In this document: piece after piece, positions 47,361 through 57,309 of the stretch
How positions within the stretch are numbered: position 1 is the first letter of the stretch
Layout of the letters: each line of letters opens with the position of its first letter
DNA from: Vicinamibacteria bacterium
GTDB lineage: Bacteria; Acidobacteriota; Vicinamibacteria; Marinacidobacterales; Marinacidobacteraceae
Assembly (NCBI GenBank): GCA_963422395.1
Contig: OY729431.1
Coordinates: 192,001 to 256,000 of the forward strand
Direction: 5' to 3'
DNA length: 64,000 nucleotides
Made by a program: the position numbers and the translations under genes
Notes under the pieces: model-generated
The model's input: only the letters and a program-made list of their open reading frames with translations
Databases searched by the model: none
What the model was told of the DNA's origin: nothing

Positions 47361-47768
47361 GTGTTCTTCACCCTGCTGATCGTCACCTTCCTCATCGCCC
47401 TCGGCGTGTCCTTCGGGACGGTGCAACTCTTCAGACGCCCCGTCGCCTCCATCCTCGGGCGGATCGTGGCTGGGGAGCTGAGCGGGGCCTGGCGCCGCTA
47501 CATCGAATTCGCCGCGTATGTGGTCGGTATCTCGGGAGGGGTCCGCATCCACGAGCTGGAGCGGTATATCTCCGCACCCCACCGGGAAGAAGAGATCCTG
47601 GTTCTCAACGCTGAGCGCTGGACGCTCGAGATCTATCGGACGGTCATTCAGACGCTGCAGGGGATCGCCTGGATGTTCCTCGTGGTCTTCGTGGTAGCGC
47701 TCCTGGCGTATGTGTTCGCCCGGGGTTTCGAACTGCGGCGCGGCGGAGGTTCGGCAGCGAGGCCCTGA
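47361..47768 (+). CDS. Hypothetical membrane protein
   Basis: 135 aa with three hydrophobic segments and host-like codon usage. Confidence 0.75.
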   Translation: MFFTLLIVTFLIALGVSFGTVQLFRRPVASILGRIVAGELSGAWRRYIEFAAYVVGISGGVRIHELERYISAPHREEEILVLNAERWTLEIYRTVIQTLQGIAWMFLVVFVVALLAYVFARGFELRRGGGSAARP

Positions 47769-47885
47769 TCTGGCCGATGGATCGGACCGCTGGAGCCGGC
47801 CTGCTGGACCGGTGTCGTTGACCGGGTTCCCGATCGGGGATCGCTGATCCGGGTTGTCGATCCGGGCATACACTCGGGCCCGACC

Positions 47886-49133
47886 ATGATCCTGCCGCCG
47901 AATTCCCGCTCGTTCCTCTTCGCCGCCGCCCTCGCGGCGTTCGGTTCCGCCTGTGGCGGCGGCGAGAATCCGGATCCGGGCTCCGGGAGCGGGGCGCTGG
48001 TGCTCACGGCCGACCGGGTGTTCGATGGTCGCGGCGGCGTATTCGAGGGCTACGGAGTGGTGATCCGGGACGGTCGGATCGTTGCCGTTGCACCTGCTGC
48101 CGATCTGCCGGCGGGCGGCGAGCGGCACGCTTTTCCCGGGGGTTCGATCCTCCCCGGCTTCATCGACACCCATGTGCATCTGGGCTGGCACTTCGGGGAG
48201 GACGGGCGTCTCGCACGGGGGGCGCCCCCGGAGGTGACCGCGTTCCAGGCGGTGGAGAACGGGTTGCGGATGCTGGAAGCGGGCTTCACGACGGTGCAGA
48301 GCCTGGGGGAGCCGGTGGACGGAGCGGTGCGGGACGCCGTGGCGCGGGGAGTGGTTCCGGGCCCGCGGATCCTGACCTCGATGGGGCAGGTCTCCGCGCG
48401 TCTGGGGGGGCCTGCGGAGCTTGCGGCGGAGGTGGATCGGCTCGCCGACGCGGGGGCGGACGCGATCAAGATCTTCGCTTCGGCGAGCATTCGGGTCGGC
48501 GGAGGTCCGACGCTCTCCCGAGAAGAACTCGACGCCGCCTGCGGCGCGGCGACCGCACGGGGGCTCCGCACTCTCGTCCATGCCCACGGCCCCGAGAGTG
48601 CTTCCCGCGCCTCGCGGGCCGGCTGTACCACCATCGAACACGGTGCGCTCCTCGACCGGGAGACGCTGGAGCTGCTGGCGGCGAACGGCACCTGGTACGA
48701 CCCGAACATCTACCTCATCTTCGCCAACTACTTCGAGCACCGGGACCGTTACCTCGGCATCGGGAACTACACCGAAGAGGGCTTCGCGGCGATGGAGTCC
48801 GGACGGGTGCGGGCGATGGAAACCTTCCGCATGGCGGTCGGGATCGAAGGGCTGAAGATCGTGTTCGGCACGGATGCGGTGGCCGGCGCCCACGGCCAGA
48901 ACGCGCGCGAAGCGGTGGCGCGGGCGGAATCCGGAGGCCAGGCGCCGGGAGAAGTGATCGTGGGGATGACTTCGCGGGCCGCCGCCTCGCTCGGCCTCGA
49001 AAACGAAATCGGAACCCTCGCTGCGGGGTATGCCGCCGACCTGGTGGTGGTGGACGGCGATCCGGCGGCGGACATCGAAGCGCTCCGCCGGGTCCGGCTG
49101 GTGATGCAGGACGGCCGCCGCTACTCCCGCTGA
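47886..49133 (+). CDS. Amidohydrolase family lipoprotein (Xaa-Pro dipeptidase-like)
   Basis: Lipobox GSAC, PGFIDTHVH, HAHG, IEHG, FGTDA and ADLVVVDGDP. Confidence 0.88.
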   Translation: MILPPNSRSFLFAAALAAFGSACGGGENPDPGSGSGALVLTADRVFDGRGGVFEGYGVVIRDGRIVAVAPAADLPAGGERHAFPGGSILPGFIDTHVHLGWHFGEDGRLARGAPPEVTAFQAVENGLRMLEAGFTTVQSLGEPVDGAVRDAVARGVVPGPRILTSMGQVSARLGGPAELAAEVDRLADAGADAIKIFASASIRVGGGPTLSREELDAACGAATARGLRTLVHAHGPESASRASRAGCTTIEHGALLDRETLELLAANGTWYDPNIYLIFANYFEHRDRYLGIGNYTEEGFAAMESGRVRAMETFRMAVGIEGLKIVFGTDAVAGAHGQNAREAVARAESGGQAPGEVIVGMTSRAAASLGLENEIGTLAAGYAADLVVVDGDPAADIEALRRVRLVMQDGRRYSR

Positions 49134-49927
49134 GTCGGATTGCGGGAGGGGTCCGGCAGCGGTCGGCGCATCACGATCGTCGGCGTGCCGCCGCTCCACC
49201 CGACGCTGGCTTCCATCCCGTAATTCTCGGCGATCGCCGCTTCGGTGACCGCTTCGCGGGGTGGTTCTGCCGGAAGCAGCCTCCCCGCGCGCATCCAGCA
49301 GACCCGATCGGCGTAGCGGGCGGCGAGCAGCACATCGTGCAACACGACGAGCGCTCCGCCGCCGCCGTCCACGAATCGCCGGATGAAATCCATGATCCGG
49401 TGTTGATGCCGGGGGTCGAGCGCACCTACCGGTTCGTCGACGGCGAGGAGTGGAGCTTCGGACGCGAGAACCCGGGCGCAGTGGACCCGTGCGAGCTCGC
49501 CCCCCGAGAGGGTGTCTGCGGTCCGGTTCGCCAGCGGCCCGAGGTCGCAGGCTTCGAGAGCGCGTCCGACCGCTTCGGAGTCGTCTGGTCCGAGGCGTCC
49601 GAGCGCGGTGCCGTAGGCGAACCGGCCGAGAGCCACGAGATCGCGCACCCGGTTCGGCCAGGCGAGCGGCCGGCGCTGGGGGAGATAGGCGATGCGCCGC
49701 GCCCGCTCGGCCGGGGGGAGCCGCGCTGTATCGCACCCGGCGAGCTCGCTCGATCCCCCGGAGCGCGGGATGAGTCCCAGCGCCGCCCGGACGAAACTCG
49801 TCTTGCCGGCGCCGTTCGGCCCGAGGAGCGCCACGAATTCGCCGGATGCGAAGGTGAGGGAAGCTCGCCGCACGAGTTGCCGAGCTCCGGCGGCCACGCT
49901 CAGCCGCTCGGTCCGCAGCTCAGCCAT
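49121..49927 (-). CDS. Cobalamin/siderophore ABC transporter ATP-binding protein
   Basis: GPNGAGKT, LSGGE, DEP..ALD..HQ and VLHD. Confidence 0.9.
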   Translation of the reverse strand: MAELRTERLSVAAGARQLVRRASLTFASGEFVALLGPNGAGKTSFVRAALGLIPRSGGSSELAGCDTARLPPAERARRIAYLPQRRPLAWPNRVRDLVALGRFAYGTALGRLGPDDSEAVGRALEACDLGPLANRTADTLSGGELARVHCARVLASEAPLLAVDEPVGALDPRHQHRIMDFIRRFVDGGGGALVVLHDVLLAARYADRVCWMRAGRLLPAEPPREAVTEAAIAENYGMEASVGWSGGTPTIVMRRPLPDPSRNPTQRE

Positions 49928-50909
49928 GAACCGTCCGCCGCCGCGCTGCGATCCAGACGAAGACCGGCGCGCCCAGCAGAGCCGCCACTACCCCCAACTT
50001 CAACTCGGTGGCGGTGGGCGCGAGCCGGACGCCGATATCGGCGACAGCGAGGATCACTCCGGCGAGGAGAGCGGAAGGCAGCAGGCTGCGCGCCGGATCG
50101 TGGCCGAGGAGCGGCCTGGTGAGATGCGGCGCCACGATCCCGACGAACCCGATGACCCCCGCGATCGAGACGGCGGCGCCAGTGGCCAGACCGGCCCCCA
50201 GCACCACCGCCAGCCGCTGCCGCCGCAAGTGGAGCCCGAGCCCGGCCGCCGCTTCTTCGCCGAGGGTGAGCACCGATAGTCCGCGGCGGGCAGCGAACAG
50301 CAGCGCGAGCCCGGCTGCCAGAAAGGGAGCGGCGAGGAACAGGTCGGGAAAGCTCCGATTGGCGACCGAACCCAGCATCCAGTGGACCATGTCGGATAGA
50401 GAGAACGGATTGGGGGCCAGGTTGGTGAGCAACGCCATCACCGCCGCGGCGAAGCTCGAAAGTCCCACGCCGACGAGGATCAGGGTCAGCACCGAATCGG
50501 TGCGGACGGCGGCGAGTGCGATCACCACGGTGGCGGCGAGCGCTCCGAGGATGGCTGCCAGCGGCAGGATGAGGGCTCCGCGAGCCGCGAAGCCGAAGTA
50601 GAGCGCGAAGGTCGCCCCGAGCGCCGAGCACGCCGAGACCCCGAGGACGCCGGGTTCCGCGAGGGGGTTGCGGAGCAGCCCCTGGAGCGCCGCCCCGCTG
50701 GCTCCGAGCGCGGCACCGACGAAGAGCGCCGCGAGGGCCCGAGGCAGGCGGATGTCGAACACCACCGTGCGGTCGCCCGGCGAGCCGCCGCCGAAGAGCA
50801 CCGCCGCGGCGTCGCTCGGGGACAGCTCGGTAGGGCCGATGAGGCAGGCAGCGAACACCGTCGCGGCTGCGGCCGCCCCGAGGCCGAGATTCAGCCGGGT
50901 TTCACCCAT
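49920..50909 (-). CDS. BtuC/FecCD-family permease
   Basis: IRLPRAL, LQGLLRNPLAEP, EEAA..LG and IGFVG.VAPH. Confidence 0.93.
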   Translation of the reverse strand: MGETRLNLGLGAAAAATVFAACLIGPTELSPSDAAAVLFGGGSPGDRTVVFDIRLPRALAALFVGAALGASGAALQGLLRNPLAEPGVLGVSACSALGATFALYFGFAARGALILPLAAILGALAATVVIALAAVRTDSVLTLILVGVGLSSFAAAVMALLTNLAPNPFSLSDMVHWMLGSVANRSFPDLFLAAPFLAAGLALLFAARRGLSVLTLGEEAAAGLGLHLRRQRLAVVLGAGLATGAAVSIAGVIGFVGIVAPHLTRPLLGHDPARSLLPSALLAGVILAVADIGVRLAPTATELKLGVVAALLGAPVFVWIAARRRTVHG

Positions 50910-50912
50910 CGG

Positions 50913-51776
50913 TCATTCCGGAGGGCGGAGCCGTTCCGAGGGTCCTGCGCTCCCCGCCAGCGCTTCGACCGCATCCACCAGGAACCAGCCGCCGCAAGCA
51001 GTCCAGGCGCCTTCGAGGAAGACGACCGGCCCCTGTTCCAGACGGCGCCGGGCGACGGGATGCCGGGCGGCGCTCCAGGCGCCCTGGTGGGCCTCCGCAG
51101 CTTCGTAGAACGCCGCGGCGATCCGATCGGGGCGCTCATGGGCGAGCCGTTCCAGCGGGAGCTCCCGGTAGCCGGGCTCCTGCTGGAAGTTGGAGTAGCC
51201 GGCGGCCTCCAGCAGTTCGTGGACCAGTGTCCCCGGACCGGCTGTGACCCCGCCTGGAGTCATATAGAGCGCGGCACCTCGACGGCCGGCGCCAGAGACC
51301 GCGGCGAGGCGGGCGTCCATGGCCTCCACGAGAGCTCTCCCGCGTTTTCGGGCGTCGAGCGCGGCGGCGGTCTCGAGGATGACCTGGCGAACTCCCGAAA
51401 GGTCCGCGCCGAAGCCGATCTGGACCACCGGAACTCCGGCCCGTCCGAAGAAAGCGCCTGCGTGCGGGCCGCCGCCGTAGGACCGGACGATCAGATCCGG
51501 CGAGAGCGAGAGCACTTCTTCGGCGCGCGGCCGCACCTGAGGAAGCCCTCGAGCGCGCTCCCGCAGGTAGGAGAAGCTGGCCTGCGAATCCGGCGAGAGC
51601 GCAAGGATCCGTTCCCGCTCCACGAATTCGAGCACGAATTGATCGGCGCAGTAGTCGAGGCTCACCACCCGCCGCGGCTCCGCCACCACTGCGCCACCCC
51701 TTCCCTGCGGCGGGAAATCCCGACAGGCCGGAAGCGCGAGCGCCGCGAGGATCCAGCCGACGAGCAGCGGGAGCAA
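50913..51776 (-). CDS. BtuF-like periplasmic binding lipoprotein
   Basis: 3' part of ORF 50913..53861: lipobox LPAC, PRRVVSLDYCADQ, EEVL.L.PDL and TAGPGT. Start (TTG 51776) uncertain. Confidence 0.82.
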   Translation of the reverse strand: MLPLLVGWILAALALPACRDFPPQGRGGAVVAEPRRVVSLDYCADQFVLEFVERERILALSPDSQASFSYLRERARGLPQVRPRAEEVLSLSPDLIVRSYGGGPHAGAFFGRAGVPVVQIGFGADLSGVRQVILETAAALDARKRGRALVEAMDARLAAVSGAGRRGAALYMTPGGVTAGPGTLVHELLEAAGYSNFQQEPGYRELPLERLAHERPDRIAAAFYEAAEAHQGAWSAARHPVARRRLEQGPVVFLEGAWTACGGWFLVDAVEALAGSAGPSERLRPPE

Positions 51777-51794
51777 CCTGCGGGGGAGGCTACC

Positions 51795-52178
51795 ATGCGT
51801 CTCATGGCCCGGCCGGAGAAGAGCGACCGCTTCGGCGGCGTGCTCGCCGCGGTGTCGGAGGACCTCGTCGGCCTTTCCGAGACCCCGGAACTGGCTGCGG
51901 AATTGGCCGCCGAGCTCGACCGTTTGAGCACGGAGATCCGGAGCCTGCGTCCCGACTACCCGCTCGCCGCCGGGGTAGCGGCGGCGCTCCGGATGACCGA
52001 CGGGGCTGCCTCGGCGGCGGCGCCGCTGGTGAGGCTCGCCGCCGAGATCCTCGCGGATCACGCTCCGAGCTCCGGTTGGGGCCGCACCGATCTGCTGGAC
52101 TACTTCGAAGGCCTCGGTACCGAACGCACCGCTGGCTTCCTCGAGGAGGCCGCCCGGGTTCTCGCCCGTCGCAGGTAG
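51795..52178 (+). CDS. Hypothetical helical protein
   Basis: GGGAGG RBS then ATG 51795; 127 aa; fills the gap between two minus-strand genes. Confidence 0.55.
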   Translation: MRLMARPEKSDRFGGVLAAVSEDLVGLSETPELAAELAAELDRLSTEIRSLRPDYPLAAGVAAALRMTDGAASAAAPLVRLAAEILADHAPSSGWGRTDLLDYFEGLGTERTAGFLEEAARVLARRR

Positions 52179-52204
52179 AGATCTCACCCCGCCGCCGCGC
52201 GGGA

Positions 52205-54391
52205 TCAGAAGGTCTTCAGCCAGGTCAGCTTCATGACCCCGGTGCGGCGGGTCCAGCGGTGGATGCGCGGGTCCAGCGCGTCGTCGGTCAGGTAGCCGGT
52301 GTCCAGCACCAGAAAGAGGTCGCTCCCGGGAGTGTGGATCCAGTCCAGCCGGATGTTGGCCTGCAGCTCTTTCGAGAGGTTGTCCCACTGGACGAGCGCT
52401 CCGGAAAACAGCTTCCGGCTGACCGCAGCCTGGATGTCGAGCCCCACTAGCGTGGTGGTGAAGCCGCCGTCCGGCACCGGAAGCGAAACTTCGTTCCGCG
52501 CGATCCGGCCGGCGAGCGTGAGGTGAGGCCCGGTCTTGAGGCTCAACCCGCCGGCGAGGCGAGTGCGCCGGCCGCCCCAGAAGCTCCCGATGGCGGTATC
52601 CGCGGACACGGAGAACATCCGGCTGTCGTTCGTGCGCGCACCCACCTCCCACGACCGGAACCGATAGTCGCCGGGAGCCAGGACCCGGCCGCTGATCGAA
52701 GCCGGGCCGTGGAGCCGCTCGAACCGGTCGTCGAGGGTGAGCAGGACGGCTTCGCCCGATTCGAACTCGAAACTCAGGTGCGAGCCGGCCTGGCGCGACT
52801 GCAGCTCGCCGTCGGTTCCCTCGGTCCGGTCTCCGCCCACCCAGACCGACGCGCGCCGCGCCCAGCCGCTCCCTTCGAAGCGGGGCTTGAAGGCGGTCCA
52901 GAGATACCACTGGTCCTGGTCCGGCCGCCGCACGAACCCGAGTCCCGGATCGAACGCCTCGCCGATGTGGGTGCGGCGCAGGCGGAGGGCGTAGCGGTCG
53001 TTCTCCAGCGCCAGGGCTGCCCGCGCCGCGCCCGCGTCCATTCCCGGCTCGCCGTCTGCTCCAGAAAGCAGCCGGGCCCCCCAGAGCCGAAGCTCGGAGC
53101 TGCTCCAGAAGCGGGCGGCGAAGTCGGCGCCGGCGACCCGGTTCGTGCCGCCGCCGCTTCGGTCGAGGCTGGTCAGGATTCCTCCCACCGTGGTCCGTTC
53201 GCCGAGGTTCGCCTGCAGCCGGACCACGGAGTTCCAGGCGGCGGCGCCCGCTTTCCCGCCGCTGCCGGAGTCGTCGGTGCGGAGGGTGAGAGCTCCGATG
53301 GAGATCGGGCCGGCCTGGCCGGTGAGCCGTCCGCCGCCGAGGATGTTCCCGTCGAGGCCGACGCGGCGACTGAAGAAGACCTCGGTCTCCCCGGGGGTCC
53401 CGAACTGGAAGAGGCCGGCGCGTTCGAGGAAGAACTCCCGTTTCTCGGGGAAGAAGAGGTCGAAACGGGTCAGATTGATCTGGACATTGTCGGTCTCGAC
53501 CTGGGCGAAATCCGTGTTCCAGGTCAGATCGAGGGTGAGGTTCGATGTCAGCCGGTACTTGAGGTCCGCGCCGGCCCGCGACTCGCGCTCGATCCCGGTT
53601 TCCCCCGCGGATTGCTGACCGCCCAGCGTCGCGTAGGGCTTCAGTTCGAGGTGCCGGCCGCGGCGTACTCCCCGGAGGCCGGTGAGGGGCGCGTATCGGG
53701 ATACCTGCGCGATGCCCGCCCGGTAGTCTTGGCCGATGTGCGGCCAGACGACGGTCTCGTTCTTCCGCCGGATCGAGCGCAGGAACGCGATCCCCATGAC
53801 CGGCTCCTCCACATCGGCGAACCGGATCGTGGTGAAGGGGATCGCCATTTCGAGAACCCATCCCCTGGGGTTCACGGTCGTCTCGGTCGTGAACACGCCG
53901 TCCCAGTTCCAGTCTTCCCGGTCGAGGCTCTCGTCGGAGAGCAGAGCGTCGTCCTGGGTGCCGAGCGCCCCCACTTCGAAGATGTAGGCGTTCCGCCGGT
54001 CGTGGTAGGTATCGAGGCCGAGGATCACCCGGTCGTCCTTGTCGATCCGTCCGCCTCGCTGCAGGATGGCGCGGCGGATCCGGTCGGGCTCGCTATCGAA
54101 CAGCGAGAACCCGAGATAGAGCGCGTCTTCGTCGTAGGCGATCCGGACTTCGGTCCGTTCGCTCGCCGGCGCTCCGTCCACCGGGTCGCGCTGCCGGAAA
54201 TCGGTGATCGGAGAGATCGCCGCCCAAAACGGCTCGTCGAGCACGCCGTCTATCCGAGGGGGAGTCTCGATGCGGGTGGCGTGCGCGGCCGGTTCCGCGG
54301 CCGTGAGGGGCTGCCGCTCGCTGGCGAGAGCCCCCTTCGCCGAATTACAGGCGGCGAGCGCCGCGAGCGACAGGGCGGCGGCGCGGTGCAT
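52205..54391 (-). CDS. CBM9-like / DUF5916 outer-membrane protein
   Basis: Signal peptide, PRIDGVLDE..W, TEVRIAYD...LY, EMAIPF, NTDFAQVE.D...INLTRF.LFFPEKR.FFLE and C-terminal KLTW. Confidence 0.85.
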   Translation of the reverse strand: MHRAAALSLAALAACNSAKGALASERQPLTAAEPAAHATRIETPPRIDGVLDEPFWAAISPITDFRQRDPVDGAPASERTEVRIAYDEDALYLGFSLFDSEPDRIRRAILQRGGRIDKDDRVILGLDTYHDRRNAYIFEVGALGTQDDALLSDESLDREDWNWDGVFTTETTVNPRGWVLEMAIPFTTIRFADVEEPVMGIAFLRSIRRKNETVVWPHIGQDYRAGIAQVSRYAPLTGLRGVRRGRHLELKPYATLGGQQSAGETGIERESRAGADLKYRLTSNLTLDLTWNTDFAQVETDNVQINLTRFDLFFPEKREFFLERAGLFQFGTPGETEVFFSRRVGLDGNILGGGRLTGQAGPISIGALTLRTDDSGSGGKAGAAAWNSVVRLQANLGERTTVGGILTSLDRSGGGTNRVAGADFAARFWSSSELRLWGARLLSGADGEPGMDAGAARAALALENDRYALRLRRTHIGEAFDPGLGFVRRPDQDQWYLWTAFKPRFEGSGWARRASVWVGGDRTEGTDGELQSRQAGSHLSFEFESGEAVLLTLDDRFERLHGPASISGRVLAPGDYRFRSWEVGARTNDSRMFSVSADTAIGSFWGGRRTRLAGGLSLKTGPHLTLAGRIARNEVSLPVPDGGFTTTLVGLDIQAAVSRKLFSGALVQWDNLSKELQANIRLDWIHTPGSDLFLVLDTGYLTDDALDPRIHRWTRRTGVMKLTWLKTF

Positions 54392-54632
54392 TCGCAGGCA
54401 GGAGCTGTCCGGGATCGGACCCCTCGCTGCCGCACCGAAGACCGGTCGTGCTGCCGATGCGCAGGATCGCCGGGTCCGAGCGGTTCGGCGGCGCGCATGG
54501 TACGCCGCCCTTGCCGGCGGCGTCGGAATTACACTGGAGGCATGCCGGAGTCCCGCCGCAGGTTCGCATGAGTGCCGGTACCCCGAGTCCATTCGTGAAG
54601 CGGTCCGCGGCCGTTCGTTCCGGAGGTACCCC

Positions 54633-55931
54633 ATGCTGCAACGGATTCATGTGAAGGGTTACAAGTCTCTTCACGATGTGGAAACCTCGTTGCCGCAGCT
54701 CGTCGTCCTGTTCGGACCCAACGCGGCCGGGAAGAGCAACTTCCTGGACGCCCTGCAGCTTCTGGCGAGCCTCGGAACGAGCGACACCCTCAAGGACGCC
54801 TTCGATCCGCCGTATCGCGGCAAGGCGATCGAGTCGTTCACCATCGGAGATCATGGGATCAAGGGGCTGATCGAGCAGGAGCGGCTGACTTTCTCCATCG
54901 AAGCCGACATGGAGCTGTCGCGTGCGGTCGTGGATTCGGTGGACCGGCAGATTCGTGCGATGCGTCAGCCAGGCGGCCAGCCGGCGCCAGGCAAGGCGGC
55001 GAAACCACCGTCTCGCGTTCGCGAGAAGAGCCTGAGGTATCGCGTCGAGATCGAGATGCTGCCGGCGTCTGGAATCCTGCGGGTCGCCGACGAGTACCTG
55101 GCGGCTCTGAACTCGAAAGGCGAGCCGACCAAAAGCCGGAAACCCTTTCTGGAGCGACAGGGCGAGAAGATCCACCTGCGGCTCGAAGGACAGGCGCATC
55201 CCACCTACTACGACCTCCGCCTCGACCGGACGATCCTCTCGATGCCGCACTACCCGCCACACCATCCGCATCTGGTGGCGGCGCGCCGGGAGCTCGAAAG
55301 CTGGCTCTTCTTCTACTTCGAGCCGCGCGAACGGATGCGCGCGCTCAACCCTATCAAGGAAACGCGCCACATCGGGTTCATGGGCGAGGATCTGGCCGCC
55401 TTTCTCCGAACGCTTCAGGCGCTCGATTCTCGGCAGTTCGAAGCGGTGGAACGGTCCCTGAAACTGCTGATTCCGAATATGGACGGCATCGAACCGGCAG
55501 TGAACGATCTGGGTGAGGTCGAGCTTCGCTTGCGGGAAAACGGCGTCGCCATCCCGGCGCGAGTGCTGTCCGAGGGAACCCTGCGGATGCTCGGGCTGCT
55601 TGCGCTCGGCGGCGTCGCCGAGCCGCCATCGCTCGCAGGGTTCGAAGAGCCGGAAAACGGCGTTCATCCGCGCCGGATCGAGCTGATCGCGGAGCTTCTG
55701 AAAACGCGCCGGAGCATCGGCGAGACCCAGTACATCGTCACCACGCACTCGCCGGTCCTGCTGGACTGGCTTCCGGAAGCATCCCTCTTCGCGGTGAGCG
55801 CGGACGCGCGGCGGACGCGCGTCCGCCCGTTGCGGGTGATCGGACCGCTTCACCGGAGGAGGCAGGTTTCCGACGCGTTGGATGAGCTCCCGGTCTCGGA
55901 TCGCGTGCTGCGCGGAGACTTCGATGCGTGA
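54633..55931 (+). CDS. ABC-type (AAA_21/AbiEii-like) ATPase
   Basis: GGAGG RBS; IHVKGYKSL, GPNAAGKSN, LSEGT, EEPENGVHP and TTHSP. Confidence 0.9.
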   Translation: MLQRIHVKGYKSLHDVETSLPQLVVLFGPNAAGKSNFLDALQLLASLGTSDTLKDAFDPPYRGKAIESFTIGDHGIKGLIEQERLTFSIEADMELSRAVVDSVDRQIRAMRQPGGQPAPGKAAKPPSRVREKSLRYRVEIEMLPASGILRVADEYLAALNSKGEPTKSRKPFLERQGEKIHLRLEGQAHPTYYDLRLDRTILSMPHYPPHHPHLVAARRELESWLFFYFEPRERMRALNPIKETRHIGFMGEDLAAFLRTLQALDSRQFEAVERSLKLLIPNMDGIEPAVNDLGEVELRLRENGVAIPARVLSEGTLRMLGLLALGGVAEPPSLAGFEEPENGVHPRRIELIAELLKTRRSIGETQYIVTTHSPVLLDWLPEASLFAVSADARRTRVRPLRVIGPLHRRRQVSDALDELPVSDRVLRGDFDA

Positions 55932-56502
55932 TGTCGTGCTGTTCGGGGAGGACACCGCTCATCGGGAAATCGTCGGACGCATCGTTCAACGTCTCGCTCG
56001 ACAGCACGATGTGGTCGTGGAGCTCGACTGGAGGACCGCTGTGGGAGGGCATGGCAGAGTCGTCGAGGGGGTCCAAGCCTACTTGCGCGATCTCGAGTGG
56101 CACGAGTCTCTTCCCGATCTGATCGTCGTCGCCGCCGACGCCAACTGCAAAGGACGGAACGAGCGGCTGAAAGAGATTCGGCCGCCGGCGCCGCCGGCAC
56201 CGATGGTTTTCGCCATTCCCGATCCTCACATCGAGCGCTGGCTGCTTCTCGACGGTGCTGCATTCAAGGCCGTGCTCGGCCGCGGCTGTCAGGCGCCCGA
56301 CCTGAAATGTGACCGCGGCCGCTACAAGGAACTGCTGATCAAGGCCGTGATGGATGCCGGAGTCCGCCCGAACCTCGGCGGCATCGAGTTCGCAGACGAC
56401 ATCATGAGGAAGATGGATCTTTTCCGCGCCGCCGGGATGGACGCTTCGTTCCGGCATTTCATGGAGGATTTCTCGCGTATCCTCCGGACTTGGGCATCCT
56501 GA
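55924..56502 (+). CDS. DUF4276-like TOPRIM-fold protein
   Basis: VLFGED, VAADAN and IP...IERWLL.D; overlaps the ATPase stop. Confidence 0.7.
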   Translation: MRDVVLFGEDTAHREIVGRIVQRLARQHDVVVELDWRTAVGGHGRVVEGVQAYLRDLEWHESLPDLIVVAADANCKGRNERLKEIRPPAPPAPMVFAIPDPHIERWLLLDGAAFKAVLGRGCQAPDLKCDRGRYKELLIKAVMDAGVRPNLGGIEFADDIMRKMDLFRAAGMDASFRHFMEDFSRILRTWAS

Positions 56503-57245
56503 TGGCAGACCTCCGGCTCCCGGTGCGCGGCTCCGCGGAGAGGCGCGTTCGCACGGTTTCGGACCGTGTCCGGAATCTCCTGATCCGTCGGTTCGGGGCC
56601 GCGGTGCTGACGGCCGCCGCTTTCGGGCTCTCGGCGGCAGCCCCTGCTTCAGGGGGGCAGCACGGGGAACGGACGGTGCGGGTCGTCCTCGAGACCGCTC
56701 TCGGCGAGGTCGAGGTGGCGCTCTATCCCGAACGAGCCCCGCTCTCGGCGGCGCAGTTCCTCCGGTATGTGGACGGAGGGCACTACGACGGCGCCGCTTT
56801 CTACCGCGCCACCCACACTGCTTCAGGGGATGCCCACGATGTGGTGCAGGGGGGATTGCGCAGCCTGCCCCTGCTCACCGGCTCCGAAGGGGGTGCGGAG
56901 GCCGAGCTGCCGTTCCCGCCCGTCGCGCACGAGACCACCGGCGCCACCGGAATGAGCAACGAACGGGGCGTCCTCTCCTACGCCCGGAACGGACCGGGCA
57001 CTGCGAATTCGGAGTTCTTCTTCAATCTCGGGAACAACCGCGTTCTGGATACCGGCGCGGGCGATCCGGGCCGGGACGACTTCGGCTACGCGACTTTCGG
57101 GCGGGTGCTCCGAGGCCTGGAAGTGCTCGACGCGATCCACCGGCTGCCGACGGATGCGCCCGCGTCCAACGAGGTCGTCCAAGGGCAGATCCTGAACGAG
57201 CCGGTGAAAATCCTCCGCGTGCGCCGCTCCGAATCGATGCGCTGA
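56502..57245 (+). CDS. Cyclophilin-type peptidyl-prolyl isomerase
   Basis: AP.SA.QFLRYVD.GHYDG..FYR, VQGG, SYAR..PGTANSEFFFN and GYATFGRV. Confidence 0.92.
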   Translation: MADLRLPVRGSAERRVRTVSDRVRNLLIRRFGAAVLTAAAFGLSAAAPASGGQHGERTVRVVLETALGEVEVALYPERAPLSAAQFLRYVDGGHYDGAAFYRATHTASGDAHDVVQGGLRSLPLLTGSEGGAEAELPFPPVAHETTGATGMSNERGVLSYARNGPGTANSEFFFNLGNNRVLDTGAGDPGRDDFGYATFGRVLRGLEVLDAIHRLPTDAPASNEVVQGQILNEPVKILRVRRSESMR

Positions 57246-57309
57246 CCAGCCCCGCGCCGGCGGCGGCCGCACCGTAAACGGCGTCCAACAGCCCCACCTC
57301 CACAGGCTG

